DNA of 64,000 nt from positions 272,351-336,350 of the forward strand of contig DASWXP010000002.1 in assembly GCA_036405415.1 (NCBI GenBank). Reading direction: 5' to 3'. This document shows positions 10,102 through 20,529 of the stretch, piece after piece. The notes beneath the pieces were generated by a model. That model saw nothing but the letters and a program-made list of their open reading frames with translations. It did not search any database and had not been told where the DNA came from. The DNA is from Minisyncoccota bacterium. Its GTDB lineage: Bacteria > Patescibacteriota > Minisyncoccia > Phycocordibacterales > Phycocordibacteraceae. A program made the position numbers and the translations under genes. Each line of letters begins with the position of its first letter. Position 1 is the stretch's first letter.

Positions 10102-10815
10102 ATGCTCTCTACAGAGACCCTTTTCTACGCCTTCCTCGGCGGGATCCTTCCCGCGCTGATCTGGCTGTACTTCCTCCTGAGAGAGGACCGTCGCTGTCCC
10201 GAGCCGCGCTCTATGATTGCACTCGCGTTCCTCGCAGGCATTCTCTCCGTCCCGGTCGTGCTTCCGCTCGAGCGCCTGTCGGTGCTCGCGCTCCCGGCCG
10301 GCATCCCGGTCATCCTCGCATGGGCGTCGATCGAAGAGACGGTGAAATACCTTCTCGCGGCCCTTCTCGTGCTGTGGCGTCGCGCCGTGGACGAATCGGT
10401 AGACCTCGTGGTCTACATGATCACGGTCGCGCTCGGGTTCGCCGCGCTCGAGAACATGCTCTTTCTTATCGCGCCGTTCTCAGGCGGCAACATGCTCGAA
10501 GGATTCCTTACCGGAAACCTCCGCTTCATCGGCTCCACCCTGCTGCACGTGGTTGCGAGCGCCGTCATCGGATTCGCGCTCGCGTTCTCCTTCCGCAAGG
10601 GACTCATCGTGCGTACACTGCTCGCGACACTCGGACTTATCCTTGCGATCGCGTTGCATGCCCTTTTTAACTTCCTTATAATCGATGGAAGCGGTTCGTT
10701 TACGCTCCTTGCGTTCTTCATGGTCTGGAGCGGAGCCGTCGTCGTCTTCGCACTCTTCGAAATACTGAAGTACCTGCGTTATCACCGATTACCAAAGAAC
10801 ACTTGCGAAATCTAG
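10102..10815 (+). CDS. PrsW-family intramembrane metalloprotease
   Basis: EP..., IEETVK, GFAALEN, LH, LHALFN motifs. Confidence 0.9.
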   Translation: MLSTETLFYAFLGGILPALIWLYFLLREDRRCPEPRSMIALAFLAGILSVPVVLPLERLSVLALPAGIPVILAWASIEETVKYLLAALLVLWRRAVDESVDLVVYMITVALGFAALENMLFLIAPFSGGNMLEGFLTGNLRFIGSTLLHVVASAVIGFALAFSFRKGLIVRTLLATLGLILAIALHALFNFLIIDGSGSFTLLAFFMVWSGAVVVFALFEILKYLRYHRLPKNTCEI

Positions 10816-10822
10816 TACGCGT

Positions 10823-11326
10823 ATGAAAAAACGATCCTTCTTCGACCGCCTCTCGGGCTCCGCAACGGCGGATGATGCGTACGACTCCTTTGACGACGAC
10901 TTCCCGATGCAGCAGGGCATGCAGACCCCTGTCATGGTGCAGACGCAGGCGACTCAGACGCGGACCTTCGCGAACCTCGTCGAGGAGGATCAGAGCGAGG
11001 GTCAGCTCCCTGTAGACGTGTACCAGACCCCGAACGAGATCGTCATCCGCACGTTCGTCGCAGGCGTGCGCCCGGACGAGCTCAATGTCTCCATTTCGCG
11101 CGATATGGTGGTCATCGAAGGCTCCCGTGAGGAGCGCGACTCGGTCACCGATTCTGACTACTTCACCCGTGAGCTCTTCTGGGGCACGTTCTCGCGCACC
11201 ATCCTCCTGCCTCAGGAGATCGATGTCGACAACTCTTCTGCTGGCTCGAAGGACGGACTCCTCTCCATCATCCTTCCGAAGCTCGACAAGGCGCGACAGA
11301 CGAAACTGCGCGTTAAGGCAGGATAA
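10823..11326 (+). CDS. Hsp20/alpha-crystallin small heat shock protein
   Basis: PVDVYQT, RELFWGTFSRTILLP, DGLLSIILPK. Confidence 0.93.
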   Translation: MKKRSFFDRLSGSATADDAYDSFDDDFPMQQGMQTPVMVQTQATQTRTFANLVEEDQSEGQLPVDVYQTPNEIVIRTFVAGVRPDELNVSISRDMVVIEGSREERDSVTDSDYFTRELFWGTFSRTILLPQEIDVDNSSAGSKDGLLSIILPKLDKARQTKLRVKAG

Positions 11327-11359
11327 CGAAAAAGGCCCCATATGGGGCCTTTTTCGTTA
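11324..11359. terminator. Bidirectional terminator spanning both stop codons
   Basis: TAACGAAAAAGGCCCCA-t-ATGGGGCCTTTTTCGTTA. Confidence 0.88.
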
Positions 11360-12430
11360 ATGGGTCTCCTCGTGGAGCGCTGGGTGCGCGTATGAGCGGA
11401 TCGCCGTGAACCTAACTTGCCCTATCACCTGCCCGTTCTCCGTCTCTACCCGCACGCGCCATTCGCCAGGAACCACGCTGCTCACCTCTGAGTATCCGCG
11501 ATATCCGTCCGTCCGTCCGCCTGCTATCGGGAACGCGATCCTGCTCTGTGTCACCCACTCGCGGCTGGTCTCGTCATAGCGTTGCCAGCGATGCACAACG
11601 GTTGCGCCGAAACGTATCGGCGCCTGCACCGCGCTGAACGCGTAGAGCGGACTCCCTGCAGCTACCTGGATGGTATCCGGACGCGGATCCCACCATTCCC
11701 TGCCTTCCTCTGCCATGACTACGTACCGGTCTCCTTCGCGCACGAGGCTATGGAAGACGCCGCTGTCCTTGAGCGCAAGCGGGATAGGCGGCACGAGCCC
11801 CGTGAAGTACGCGCCTATGACGAGCGCGACGATGGCAAGACAGGAGGCGATGATAGGCGCGAGCGTGCGTCCGAGCTTTGCTACCCTCCCCAAAAGCATG
11901 AGGTATATGCCAAATATTGCGAGCGCACATGCCGTGCTTGCGAGGAATACCCAGGGACCGAGGGTACGCAGGAAGAGCGGGATCGCGAATATCGCATACG
12001 CGTACGCGGCGAAGAAGAGGAGTACCGCGATGAAGGCGATGCGGTCCTTGTACTTCCTGAACCACTCGTTGCCTATGAACACGAGGAGGAATAGGAGCAG
12101 GAACGGCCAGCTCGCCTCGAGCGCCGCGCTCTTCGTGTAGAAGATAAGGAACCAGGAAAGCAGGTTGCCGATGAGGTACTGCGCGACAAGCGGCAGGATG
12201 ACCGCGATGGAACGCTTGCGTACGGACGGCTCCGACCGCCAGCCGGAGAGCGCATGCGTAAGGAATACCGCAAGCGCTGCAAGCGCAAGGTAGGTACCTG
12301 AGGCTGCAAGCACGAACGACACGTCGAGCAGCACGAGCGCGATGACGTCGGTTATGAATCCAAACAGGAAAACGAACGCGCCGAGGTGCCGTTCGTTTCT
12401 CTGTGCCCAGGCAAGTACCCTGCGGATCAT
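11357..12430 (-). CDS. DUF2914-domain membrane protein
   Basis: Multi-TM N-terminus; C-terminal GGRTDGYRGYS...GEWRVRVETENGQVIG. Confidence 0.8.
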   Translation of the reverse strand: MIRRVLAWAQRNERHLGAFVFLFGFITDVIALVLLDVSFVLAASGTYLALAALAVFLTHALSGWRSEPSVRKRSIAVILPLVAQYLIGNLLSWFLIFYTKSAALEASWPFLLLFLLVFIGNEWFRKYKDRIAFIAVLLFFAAYAYAIFAIPLFLRTLGPWVFLASTACALAIFGIYLMLLGRVAKLGRTLAPIIASCLAIVALVIGAYFTGLVPPIPLALKDSGVFHSLVREGDRYVVMAEEGREWWDPRPDTIQVAAGSPLYAFSAVQAPIRFGATVVHRWQRYDETSREWVTQSRIAFPIAGGRTDGYRGYSEVSSVVPGEWRVRVETENGQVIGQVRFTAIRSYAHPALHEETH

Positions 12431-12460
12431 GCCTTAACTATACGCCATTGAGGGCGTTGC

Positions 12461-12536
12461 TGGTGCTTGGGGGCGGGCTCGAACCGCCGACCCTTCGCTC
12501 TTCAGGCGAATGCTCTACCAACTGAGCTACCCAAGC
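12461..12536 (-). tRNA. tRNA-Phe(GAA)
   Basis: GCTTGGG acceptor, TTCGC-CTGAAGA-GCGAA, CCA. Confidence 0.96.
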
Positions 12537-12577
12537 AAGTGAGGAGATTCTAGCATATTGGGCCCCGGTTTCCAGGG

Positions 12578-12886
12578 CTACTGATACTCAGCCTGATACT
12601 GCTCGATGAGGCGATTCAGCTGGTCCTCGCTCGGAACGCCGAAGAGTCCGGACGGCAGCTGCCCGTTCTGGGTGCCAGAAATCGCGTCCATGATGGGACC
12701 CAGGTACGAGGAGAGGAAGAAGAGCGGGACGCCGAGGATGATGAGCCAGAGGACGATCTTCGCGATAAGGCCGAGGATGGCGTTGCGCCGCATCTCGCGC
12801 AGGAGACGGTTATTATCCTTCGCTACCGCGAGGTTCTCCTCAAGGAGCTTCTCAAGCTCCTCATGAGTATCGTGTTCCGGAGGCAT
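12578..12886 (-). CDS. Small single-TM hypothetical protein
   Basis: Coiled coil LLEENLAVAKDNNRLL plus one TM; TATAAT upstream. Confidence 0.75.
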   Translation of the reverse strand: MPPEHDTHEELEKLLEENLAVAKDNNRLLREMRRNAILGLIAKIVLWLIILGVPLFFLSSYLGPIMDAISGTQNGQLPSGLFGVPSEDQLNRLIEQYQAEYQ

Positions 12887-12913
12887 GGTGTCCTATGAAT
12901 TATAACAGCTACA

Positions 12914-12985
12914 TGCCCCCGCCAGGAGTCGAACCTGGATTTAAGGTTTAGGAAACCTTCGTTCTATCCATTGAACTACGGGAGC
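12914..12985 (-). tRNA. tRNA-Arg(CCT), CCA not encoded
   Basis: GCTCCCG acceptor, AAGGT-TTCCTAA-ACCTT, GTTCGACTC. Confidence 0.94.
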
Positions 12986-13624
12986 TTAGGCAGATAGTAC
13001 CCTTTTGGATGCTTCTTTTCCAATCAGCTGGATTGCACTTTGGATTACTAATCTCTCACGGATACCGGACCGAACACGAATCCTGCACATACCATACTGA
13101 AGCTTTCCTTTCTTTTTCCCTTTAATTATTTCAACTCTATTAATCCTGCTAGCTGGGACATTAAGGGTGCGCGACCAGAATTGGCACGCATGTGGTTCCG
13201 AGATATCTGCATGTAGACGCAGTGACAACGAGATTCTTTCTCGAGGGATTCCCATGTCATCTAGACAGCCCAAGAATGCCACCAGCAGGTTCGGATCAGA
13301 GTTAATTACAGAGAAATCCTTCTTAGTACCTTCGCCCCAATAGAGACCAATTAGCAGGAAGAGAGTGTCACGTGTATTAATCTCGCCGATGAGACCTTTT
13401 GCCCTTTCTAGCGAGTTCTCTCTTAATCCCAAAGCGCGCTCTTTTCCGCCGCCTTGCTTCTCCCGCAGTAACCTCCGCGCTTCCTGGGAAATCGGAACAT
13501 GCTTCACGTAGCGTTGTATGGTGGTCTTTGCCATTCCTGTCTCTCGAGAGATTTCAGGAATACTCATGCCTTGGAGCCTGCGCGCAACTATCATCAGTCT
13601 CGCCTCCTCAGACATCCTTTTCAT
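12986..13624 (-). CDS. HTH plus LAGLIDADG-like hypothetical protein
   Basis: N-terminal GMSIPEISRETGMAKTTIQRY helix-turn-helix; LIGLYWGEG helix; NSDP; visibly more AT-rich than flanks. Confidence 0.65.
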   Translation of the reverse strand: MKRMSEEARLMIVARRLQGMSIPEISRETGMAKTTIQRYVKHVPISQEARRLLREKQGGGKERALGLRENSLERAKGLIGEINTRDTLFLLIGLYWGEGTKKDFSVINSDPNLLVAFLGCLDDMGIPRERISLSLRLHADISEPHACQFWSRTLNVPASRINRVEIIKGKKKGKLQYGMCRIRVRSGIRERLVIQSAIQLIGKEASKRVLSA

Positions 13625-13725
13625 TTGGATATTCTAACAGGATACTGGGAAATAATATTAATATCCACACATTAATATGGAAAACGACGCCCAGAAGACG
13701 CCGTTTTCCATATTATGAGGCTCCT

Positions 13726-13968
13726 TTACGCAGCAACGCCGAGAAGCTCGTCGAAGCGCTTCTTATCGAAGCCGACGATCATCTCGTCGCCGATGAACAC
13801 GACCGGAACGCCCATCTGGCCGCTCTTGTCGATCATCTCCTGGCGCTTCTCCATGTCAGAGGCGACATTGAATTCGGTGTAGGAAACGTTGTTCGCCTTG
13901 AAGTACTCCTTGCTCATCTGGCAGAAGTGGCAGGTCGGGGTGGTGTAGATGGTGACAGTAGTATCCAT
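13726..13968 (-). CDS. Glutaredoxin-like (NrdH/YruB) protein
   Basis: TPTCHFC, GQMGVPV, VGFD. Confidence 0.93.
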   Translation of the reverse strand: MDTTVTIYTTPTCHFCQMSKEYFKANNVSYTEFNVASDMEKRQEMIDKSGQMGVPVVFIGDEMIVGFDKKRFDELLGVAA

Positions 13969-14009
13969 ACGATGTTGTTTATGTCCCTAGTATAGCAATT
14001 TCGAACCGG

Positions 14010-14080
14010 TGCGGGTACGGGGAATCGAACCCCGATCTCAACCTTGGGAAGGTCGCATTCTGCCACTAAACTATACCCGC
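14010..14080 (-). tRNA. tRNA-Gly(CCC)
   Basis: GCGGGTA acceptor, CGACC-TTCCCAA-GGTTG, GTTCGATTC. Confidence 0.94.
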
Positions 14081-14085
14081 TTCTC

Positions 14086-14451
14086 TTACCAGATCCCGAA
14101 GAACCCGAGGATCCGCTTGTACCACGGAAGGTGCGGCTCGAGACCGTCATCCTTCGGCGGTAGGACGATGATAACCTCTTCTCCGGCCTTCGCAACGCCA
14201 TGATTCTGACGGAGGGTCGCCTCCTGTCCGCGCTCGGTGGAAAGCTCCTCGAGGTTCGTTTCGAGCTTCTCTTTCCGCTCCTGAAGCATCGCGAGCTCCT
14301 CCTTCTGGTCTTCCACGGCTTTCCGGGCTCGCTCCTCCTTTTTCGCGATCCCCCAGACCGCCCAGGCGAGTATGAGCACCACGACGGCCAAGAACGCGGC
14401 GAGCGCGTACTCTCCTGCCTTCTGGACATGCTTCTTCGAGGAGCGAGGCAT
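14086..14451 (-). CDS. Septum formation initiator (FtsB/DivIC family)
   Basis: TM, coiled coil, then LRQNHGVAKAGEEVIIV. Confidence 0.8.
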   Translation of the reverse strand: MPRSSKKHVQKAGEYALAAFLAVVVLILAWAVWGIAKKEERARKAVEDQKEELAMLQERKEKLETNLEELSTERGQEATLRQNHGVAKAGEEVIIVLPPKDDGLEPHLPWYKRILGFFGIW

Positions 14452-14471
14452 GCGCCCAGTATAGCAAGCGG

Positions 14472-16259
14472 CTAGCGCTCGCTATCCTGCACCATCTTCA
14501 TGAACACATCCTGCGGAATGTCCATTTTCGCGTGCTCGCCGCGGCGCTTCTTTCCCTTCTTCTGCTTCTCGAGAAGCTTCATCTTTCGCGTGATATCGCC
14601 TCCGTAGAGATAGCCCGTAACGTCCTTACGGAAGGCGGAGAGGGACTTCGAAGCGAGGATGCGGCCCATGGCATGCGCCTGGATCTTGGTTACGAACTGC
14701 TGACGCGGAAGGACTTCGTGGAGCTTCTCTACCATGCGCTCGCCTTCCTCAGTGACGCGACGGCGCGACACGACACGTGCGAACGCCGGAACCGGCTCCT
14801 CGGCAACGAAAATCTCAAGCTTCACCACGTCCGCAGGGCGCTCATCAAGGAGCTCGTATGAAAGCGAGGCGTATCCCGAGGACGCATTCTTCACCTTGTC
14901 GAAGAAGCCGCGCATGAGTTCGCGAAGCGGCATCTCCACCACGAGCTCGATGCGGCCGTCCACATGCGTCTCCGTCTCAAGCACATTCCCTTCGTGATCA
15001 TGGAAGAGCTGGATCATCGATGAGAGCGTGTCGGCAGGTGTAATGAGCACTACCTTCACCCAGGGCTCCGAAACTGATTCGGTATCGCCATAGGCAGGGA
15101 ACTTGGACGGCGTGTACACCACCTCCGTATGCCCTTTCTTGTCAGTCACGGTGTAGGCGATGGTTGGAATGGTAACCACGAGCTCGAGATCGAACTCACG
15201 CTTTAGTCGCTCGATGATGATCTCGAGATGGAGCATGCCGAGGAAGCCGCAGCGGAAGCCGCGTCCGAGCATGCCTGAGGACTCTTCCTCAAACGCGAGC
15301 GACGAGTCCGAGAGGCGCAGGCGCTCGAGGGATTGGCGCAACTCCGTGAGGTCGTCCTGACTCTCCGGATACACTGAGGCCCAGACAACCGGGCGCGGGC
15401 GGGCGAATCCTTCAAGTCCTGCTGCGCCGCCGGTCGAGGCGATAACCGTGTCTCCCACGTTCACCACGCCTGCCTGCTTCACGCCCGTCACGAGGTATCC
15501 GATCTCTCCTGCTGAGAGACTCTCCGTTGGTACCTCGTCCGGCATGAAGATGCCGGTCTCAAGCGCCGTAAAACGCTCGTCAGCGGCTGCAAAGCGCAGG
15601 AGGTCCCCCTTCTTGAAGGAGCCGTCGAACACGCGCATGAACACCGTGATGCCGCGGTGCGTCGAGTATGAGAAATCGAAGATGAGTGCGCGTGCGCCTC
15701 CCTCACCCGGACGCGGCGCAGGCACGCGCTCGATGAGCGTTTCAAGAAGATCTTCAACGCCTTCTCCGGTGCGTCCTGACACCGAGAGTACGGTGTCAGG
15801 GTCTATGGAAAGGAGTTCTGCGATCTCAAGTGCCACGTCGTCAGGGCGCGCCGCAGGGGAGTCGATCTTCGAGAGCACCGGGATGATCACGCAGCCCGCG
15901 TTCTTCGCCATCTCGAGCGTGGTGAGCGTCTGCGCCTGCACGCCCTGCGTCGAGTCGACGAGGAGGATGACGCCTTCAACCGCAGACAAGGCACGTGACA
16001 CTTCGTACGAGAAGTCGATGTGTCCTGGCGTGTCGATGAGATTCAAAACGTATTCCTTCCCGTCCTTGGCGCGGTACTTCATGCGCGCCGGCTGCATCTT
16101 GATCGTAATGCCGCGCTCGCGCTCAAGGTCCATCTTGTCGAGCACCTGGTCGCGCATCTTCCGGGCCTCGATGGTGCCGGTACGCTCAAGGAGCCGATCC
16201 GCGAGGGTCGACTTTCCGTGATCGATGTGGGCGATGATTGAGAAGTTACGTATGTCCAT
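14472..16259 (-). CDS. lepA: Elongation factor 4 LepA
   Basis: IRNFSIIAHIDHGKSTLADR, GFRCGFLGMLH, YGGDITRKMKLLEKQK. Confidence 0.98.
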   Translation of the reverse strand: MDIRNFSIIAHIDHGKSTLADRLLERTGTIEARKMRDQVLDKMDLERERGITIKMQPARMKYRAKDGKEYVLNLIDTPGHIDFSYEVSRALSAVEGVILLVDSTQGVQAQTLTTLEMAKNAGCVIIPVLSKIDSPAARPDDVALEIAELLSIDPDTVLSVSGRTGEGVEDLLETLIERVPAPRPGEGGARALIFDFSYSTHRGITVFMRVFDGSFKKGDLLRFAAADERFTALETGIFMPDEVPTESLSAGEIGYLVTGVKQAGVVNVGDTVIASTGGAAGLEGFARPRPVVWASVYPESQDDLTELRQSLERLRLSDSSLAFEEESSGMLGRGFRCGFLGMLHLEIIIERLKREFDLELVVTIPTIAYTVTDKKGHTEVVYTPSKFPAYGDTESVSEPWVKVVLITPADTLSSMIQLFHDHEGNVLETETHVDGRIELVVEMPLRELMRGFFDKVKNASSGYASLSYELLDERPADVVKLEIFVAEEPVPAFARVVSRRRVTEEGERMVEKLHEVLPRQQFVTKIQAHAMGRILASKSLSAFRKDVTGYLYGGDITRKMKLLEKQKKGKKRRGEHAKMDIPQDVFMKMVQDSER

Positions 16260-16287
16260 AGAGATGCGGGAGCCCTTCCCGCTCCTC

Positions 16288-17970
16288 TTAGGCGTCCGTA
16301 CGGTCTGAGAGGACCTGTCCGGACGGCTTGAGGGCGGTGGAGAGCCTGAGTCGCTTGAGGGAGTCCATGAGGTCCTTGAATTCCTTGTTCGCAAGGAGCG
16401 CGAGGACCGCCGCGGATACCGCTAGACCTACCATACCAGCCAGCAGGGCTTCGGTGAATACGTAGGCCAGGGTCGTGGCCGGAGCGAGGTTCCCGAGGAA
16501 CGAGAGCACGCCGTAGGCGCTCGCGCCCCCGAGGATAGCCGCAGCCGCGCCCTCGAGCATGGGGCGCGCGAGCGACTTCGATACGCCCGGAGCGACATTC
16601 TGAAGCGTCACGAGCGCAAGCACGCCTGTAGCAACCTGTCCGAGCATTGCGCCCGTAGCGATAAGCAGCACGTCCGTGCCTGGCACGTCCTCAACACGAA
16701 GGAGCGCCTCGATGAAGTAGCGGATGCCAGGGAACGTCGTGGCAAGCGAGAGAAGACCGAGCGCGCCCGCAACCGACACCACGAGCCCTGCGACCTGGAT
16801 CAGGAGCGGGTTCCAGGACTTCTTCGCCGCATAGAACGCACGTGACGCGAGCAGCACGAGACCCTGCGCCATGAGCCCTACGATAAGGAGCGCGAGGATC
16901 GCGGCCGTGAGCCTCGTCGCGTCCCAATCGAACGCGCCGGTACCGAGCACGATGCGAACGATATGGGCACGCATGACGAGGATGAGCACCGAGAGGATCG
17001 CGGACCAGAACACGATGTGCCGCGCAGCCGCAGACAACGTCGCCTTGAACGCGTCATAGCGCTTCGATTCCATGGTCTCCGACAGGACCGGGAACGCGGC
17101 GGTAGCGTACGACGCGGCGATCAAGGAGAGCGGGACCGCTTGGAGGTTCAAGGCGAGCGAGAGGACGGCGATGCTTCCCTCGCCGGTACGCGCCGCAAGG
17201 ATGGTGAGGATGAGCGCGGTTACCGAACCCATAGCAAGCGCCAGCGATCGCGGCACCGAGTCTCGCATAACCTCCCACAGCACCCCCGGAGACGGGAACG
17301 TGAGCTGCGGCAGCATGTGCTCGGCCGCGAGCACCGGGATATGGATCACGAGGTGCGCAAGCGCGCCTGCTACGACGCCGATGCCGATACCCGGAAGCCC
17401 GTACAGCGGGTACAGGAACACCGTACCTGCGATGATGCCGAGGTTATATAGCACTGGCGAGAGCGCGAATAGCACGAAGCGTCGCTTCACCTGCGTCACG
17501 CTCGTCGCGATGCCTGAGAGTCCAAGCAATATCGGCTGGATGAGGAGTATCTGCGCGAGGAGCACGAAGCCGTCAGCGTCCGCTGACGCGATTGCGTCCG
17601 GGAAGAGCGCAAACAGGATCGGACGCGCATGAATCGCAAGCACGGCACAGAGCATTCCTCCTGCGATAACGAGGAACGACGCAGTCTGCGATATGAGCCG
17701 CTTCGATTCCTCGCGCTTCCCTCCTGCAATGCGCGGGATGAGCACGTACGCGGACACGAGGGACGCCACGAGCGCGAACACGAGATCCGGGACCTTGAAC
17801 GCCGCGTAATAGAGGTCGAGGACGTCGCTTGCACCGAAGCTGTGGGCGAAGATGCGGTCGCGGAGGAGCGCGAGCGCTTGGGACGCGAGCGTGAGTCCAG
17901 CAAGCACGTACGCGGCCTGATGGAGGCCGCGTACCGGTGCTGTTATGGAACTGAGTATCCTGCCGACCAT
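16288..17970 (-). CDS. murJ: Lipid II flippase MurJ
   Basis: LLRDRIFAHSFG...YYAAFKVPD, SPVLYN, RAFYA; many TMs. Confidence 0.9.
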   Translation of the reverse strand: MVGRILSSITAPVRGLHQAAYVLAGLTLASQALALLRDRIFAHSFGASDVLDLYYAAFKVPDLVFALVASLVSAYVLIPRIAGGKREESKRLISQTASFLVIAGGMLCAVLAIHARPILFALFPDAIASADADGFVLLAQILLIQPILLGLSGIATSVTQVKRRFVLFALSPVLYNLGIIAGTVFLYPLYGLPGIGIGVVAGALAHLVIHIPVLAAEHMLPQLTFPSPGVLWEVMRDSVPRSLALAMGSVTALILTILAARTGEGSIAVLSLALNLQAVPLSLIAASYATAAFPVLSETMESKRYDAFKATLSAAARHIVFWSAILSVLILVMRAHIVRIVLGTGAFDWDATRLTAAILALLIVGLMAQGLVLLASRAFYAAKKSWNPLLIQVAGLVVSVAGALGLLSLATTFPGIRYFIEALLRVEDVPGTDVLLIATGAMLGQVATGVLALVTLQNVAPGVSKSLARPMLEGAAAAILGGASAYGVLSFLGNLAPATTLAYVFTEALLAGMVGLAVSAAVLALLANKEFKDLMDSLKRLRLSTALKPSGQVLSDRTDA

Positions 17971-17987
17971 CGTCTCGCTAGGGAGAA

Positions 17988-20408
17988 CTAGCGCTGAGCA
18001 GGTCCGGTTGCGCTTTCGTTAAGCGGTCCCTGTGGGATGCCGAGCGCCCCGAGGCGCGATGGCGGGAACGGATTGCGTCCTGCCCGCACTGCGGCGAGAT
18101 CCGCCGCGACAGACTGCGCGTTCTCCGGAGAGAGCGCCGCCACCTGCTCGAGCTCCGCTGCCGCCTGCGGGAACTGGCCAGCGATCGCGTACATGACGCC
18201 GAGGAAGAAGCGGGCGTTCGCGTACTGCGGATTCGCCGATACCGCCCGCGAGAGCGCGTCAATCGCGCCCTGGGTATTGCCGTTCGCAGAGCGGAGGATG
18301 CCGACCTGGAAGAGTACTACCGGATCGTTCGGCGCGAAGTACGCCGCAGCTTCCGCTGCCTCGAGCGCTTCGCGCGCACGGCCCTGCTCCGCCTCGAGCT
18401 GCGAGAGGAGGAAGATTGCCTGAGTGTAGTCACGCTTGAGCGCGATCGCCTGCATCAAGGCTTCGCTCGCTGCCTGGTTGTTGTCGCGCGCGATCTCAAG
18501 CTGCGCTACGACGTAGGGAAGCGCAGGGCTCGTCGGATGGAGCGCAATCGCCTGGTCGTACGCGGTCTTCGCGTTCTCGTAGGCGCCCTCGATGTTGAGC
18601 GGCACGACGGTCTGGTACACGTTTCCGAGCATCGCCCAGTTCTGGTACTCATTCGGTCCGAGACGGGTAGCCGCGAGCGCTGCTTCGATGGAGCCTGAGA
18701 GCGCGCCCTGGAACTGCGCCTGCGCATCTGCCTGCGAGAGCGTGGTGTCTCCTGCGATCTGGTTCATGCGTGCGATGCCGATTCCTGCGATGAGCTCGTA
18801 CACGCGATCGCTCTCGCCGAACACGAGCGCGCGGTTAGCAGCGGCAAGCGAGTTCTCGACGTTCCCAGCAGCTAGCTCGTTGGCAGCTTCGGCGTACGCG
18901 ACGCTTCCGAGATAGCGCTCGATAGCGACGTATGCCGCGAGGATCGACGCGAGGAGGAGGAGTGTGAGCGCGAATACGATCACGAATCCAACCTTCGGGC
19001 TGCGCGCGAAGATGATGCCGAGCTCACGCGCGTCGCGGCCGTAGCGCATCGACGAGACGAAGATACCCATCATGAGGAACCCGGCGAGCAGTACGAGCGG
19101 GCCCGGGACCGCGAACACCATAAGCGCGAGCGCGTAGAGGGAGCCTACGAACGAGGATACCGATACGAAGCGCACGAACGGGTCCTGCGGGAGGCGTGCG
19201 AGGAGGAAGCGTCCGCCTACGAACAGGAAGAGGCCTGCGAACGCGAGCCATGCGAGCGCTCCGGCAAGGCCGGTAGTCACGAACGAGGTCGGGATGTAGC
19301 CGATACCGGTCGTGAAGTCGACATTCCAGAAGATGGTGTCGTTGAGGCTGCGGTCCTTGTGGCGCGTCCACTGCGTGTCGAAGGTTCCGGGACCCGAACC
19401 GAAGAGCGGCGAGGATGCGTAGGTGTGGCTACCGATATCGAACGTAGACTGCCATGACGGACGGACATCGATCACATTCACGCCGAGCGCGGTCGCGAAC
19501 GAGCTGCCGATAGTGCTGCCGCCTACGAGGAAGAGGAGCGATACCGCGAGGGTCGCGAGCGGAATGCCGAGGAAACGGTTCCCAGTAGAGATCTCTTCCG
19601 GTTCTTCAGCAAGAAGGAGCGCGACGCCATCGAGGTCGCTCTCTTCGCCTGAGCCGCGGTTCTTCATGATGGCCTCGATGAAGAGGGCGAGCGATACGAG
19701 CGCGATGAGTACCCAGACGACGACCGAGTTCACGAGGGCAAGCACGAGGAGCGCTACCGCGCCGCCGACGAGAAGCAGCGTGCGGGTGCGGGAGGACAGC
19801 GTGAGGAGACGGAGCGCGAGAAGGCCGGTTACGACCGCAAGGCCGAGGAACATGCCAAGGTCCACGAACGAGCCAACGAGATTGACCGTCGGCGAGATCA
19901 CGGACGGCGCGACACGGCCGACGAGCACGATCAGGACCTGAGCCGCGAGCACTACGCCCGTAACAACCGCGCCAGCCCCGAAGAAGAGGCGCAGGCTATT
20001 CGTGCGGCGGAACGAGAGTGCGGTAAGGGTCGCGAATGCCGAGAGCATGAGCACGAACCCGAACGTATCGGTCTCAAGCTCCGTACCGAAGAACGAGTCC
20101 GTGATTCCCGCGCCCGAGAACAGGGACGATAGGAGGTACGCTGCCGGTACGAGCCACAGGGCGCCAAGGAGCGGCAACGGCGGCACGATCACGTTTCCGC
20201 GTGAGAGGCGAGCGAGGATAAAGAGCACGAGGGTCACGAGCGCGCCGAGCGCGAGCACCGTCACCTTGGTGTAGAGAAACGGAATTGTTGCGGACGGGAT
20301 AAGAGCGAACGCGCCGAGCGCGAACGAGAGCACGACGGCCCATGTGGTGGCCATGTCGAAGGAAAGGCGTCGCTTGCCTCCCTGCGCACGGGTAACGGTC
20401 TCCTGCAT
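17988..20408 (-). CDS. Multi-TM O-antigen-ligase-like protein with C-terminal TPRs
   Basis: ~14 TMs, PLFGSGPGTF loop, TPR repeats (NPQYANARFFLG). Confidence 0.75.
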   Translation of the reverse strand: MQETVTRAQGGKRRLSFDMATTWAVVLSFALGAFALIPSATIPFLYTKVTVLALGALVTLVLFILARLSRGNVIVPPLPLLGALWLVPAAYLLSSLFSGAGITDSFFGTELETDTFGFVLMLSAFATLTALSFRRTNSLRLFFGAGAVVTGVVLAAQVLIVLVGRVAPSVISPTVNLVGSFVDLGMFLGLAVVTGLLALRLLTLSSRTRTLLLVGGAVALLVLALVNSVVVWVLIALVSLALFIEAIMKNRGSGEESDLDGVALLLAEEPEEISTGNRFLGIPLATLAVSLLFLVGGSTIGSSFATALGVNVIDVRPSWQSTFDIGSHTYASSPLFGSGPGTFDTQWTRHKDRSLNDTIFWNVDFTTGIGYIPTSFVTTGLAGALAWLAFAGLFLFVGGRFLLARLPQDPFVRFVSVSSFVGSLYALALMVFAVPGPLVLLAGFLMMGIFVSSMRYGRDARELGIIFARSPKVGFVIVFALTLLLLASILAAYVAIERYLGSVAYAEAANELAAGNVENSLAAANRALVFGESDRVYELIAGIGIARMNQIAGDTTLSQADAQAQFQGALSGSIEAALAATRLGPNEYQNWAMLGNVYQTVVPLNIEGAYENAKTAYDQAIALHPTSPALPYVVAQLEIARDNNQAASEALMQAIALKRDYTQAIFLLSQLEAEQGRAREALEAAEAAAYFAPNDPVVLFQVGILRSANGNTQGAIDALSRAVSANPQYANARFFLGVMYAIAGQFPQAAAELEQVAALSPENAQSVAADLAAVRAGRNPFPPSRLGALGIPQGPLNESATGPAQR

Positions 20409-20529
20409 AATAGGTAATTCCAAAGCTGCCCTGGTAATAGGTTCCAGTATAGCTCGCTTGCCTGTCCGTTTCCGGAAGGCATGTGGAAGAAACGTTGATT
20501 TTCTCTCCATATGTCGTATTATCATCCAT

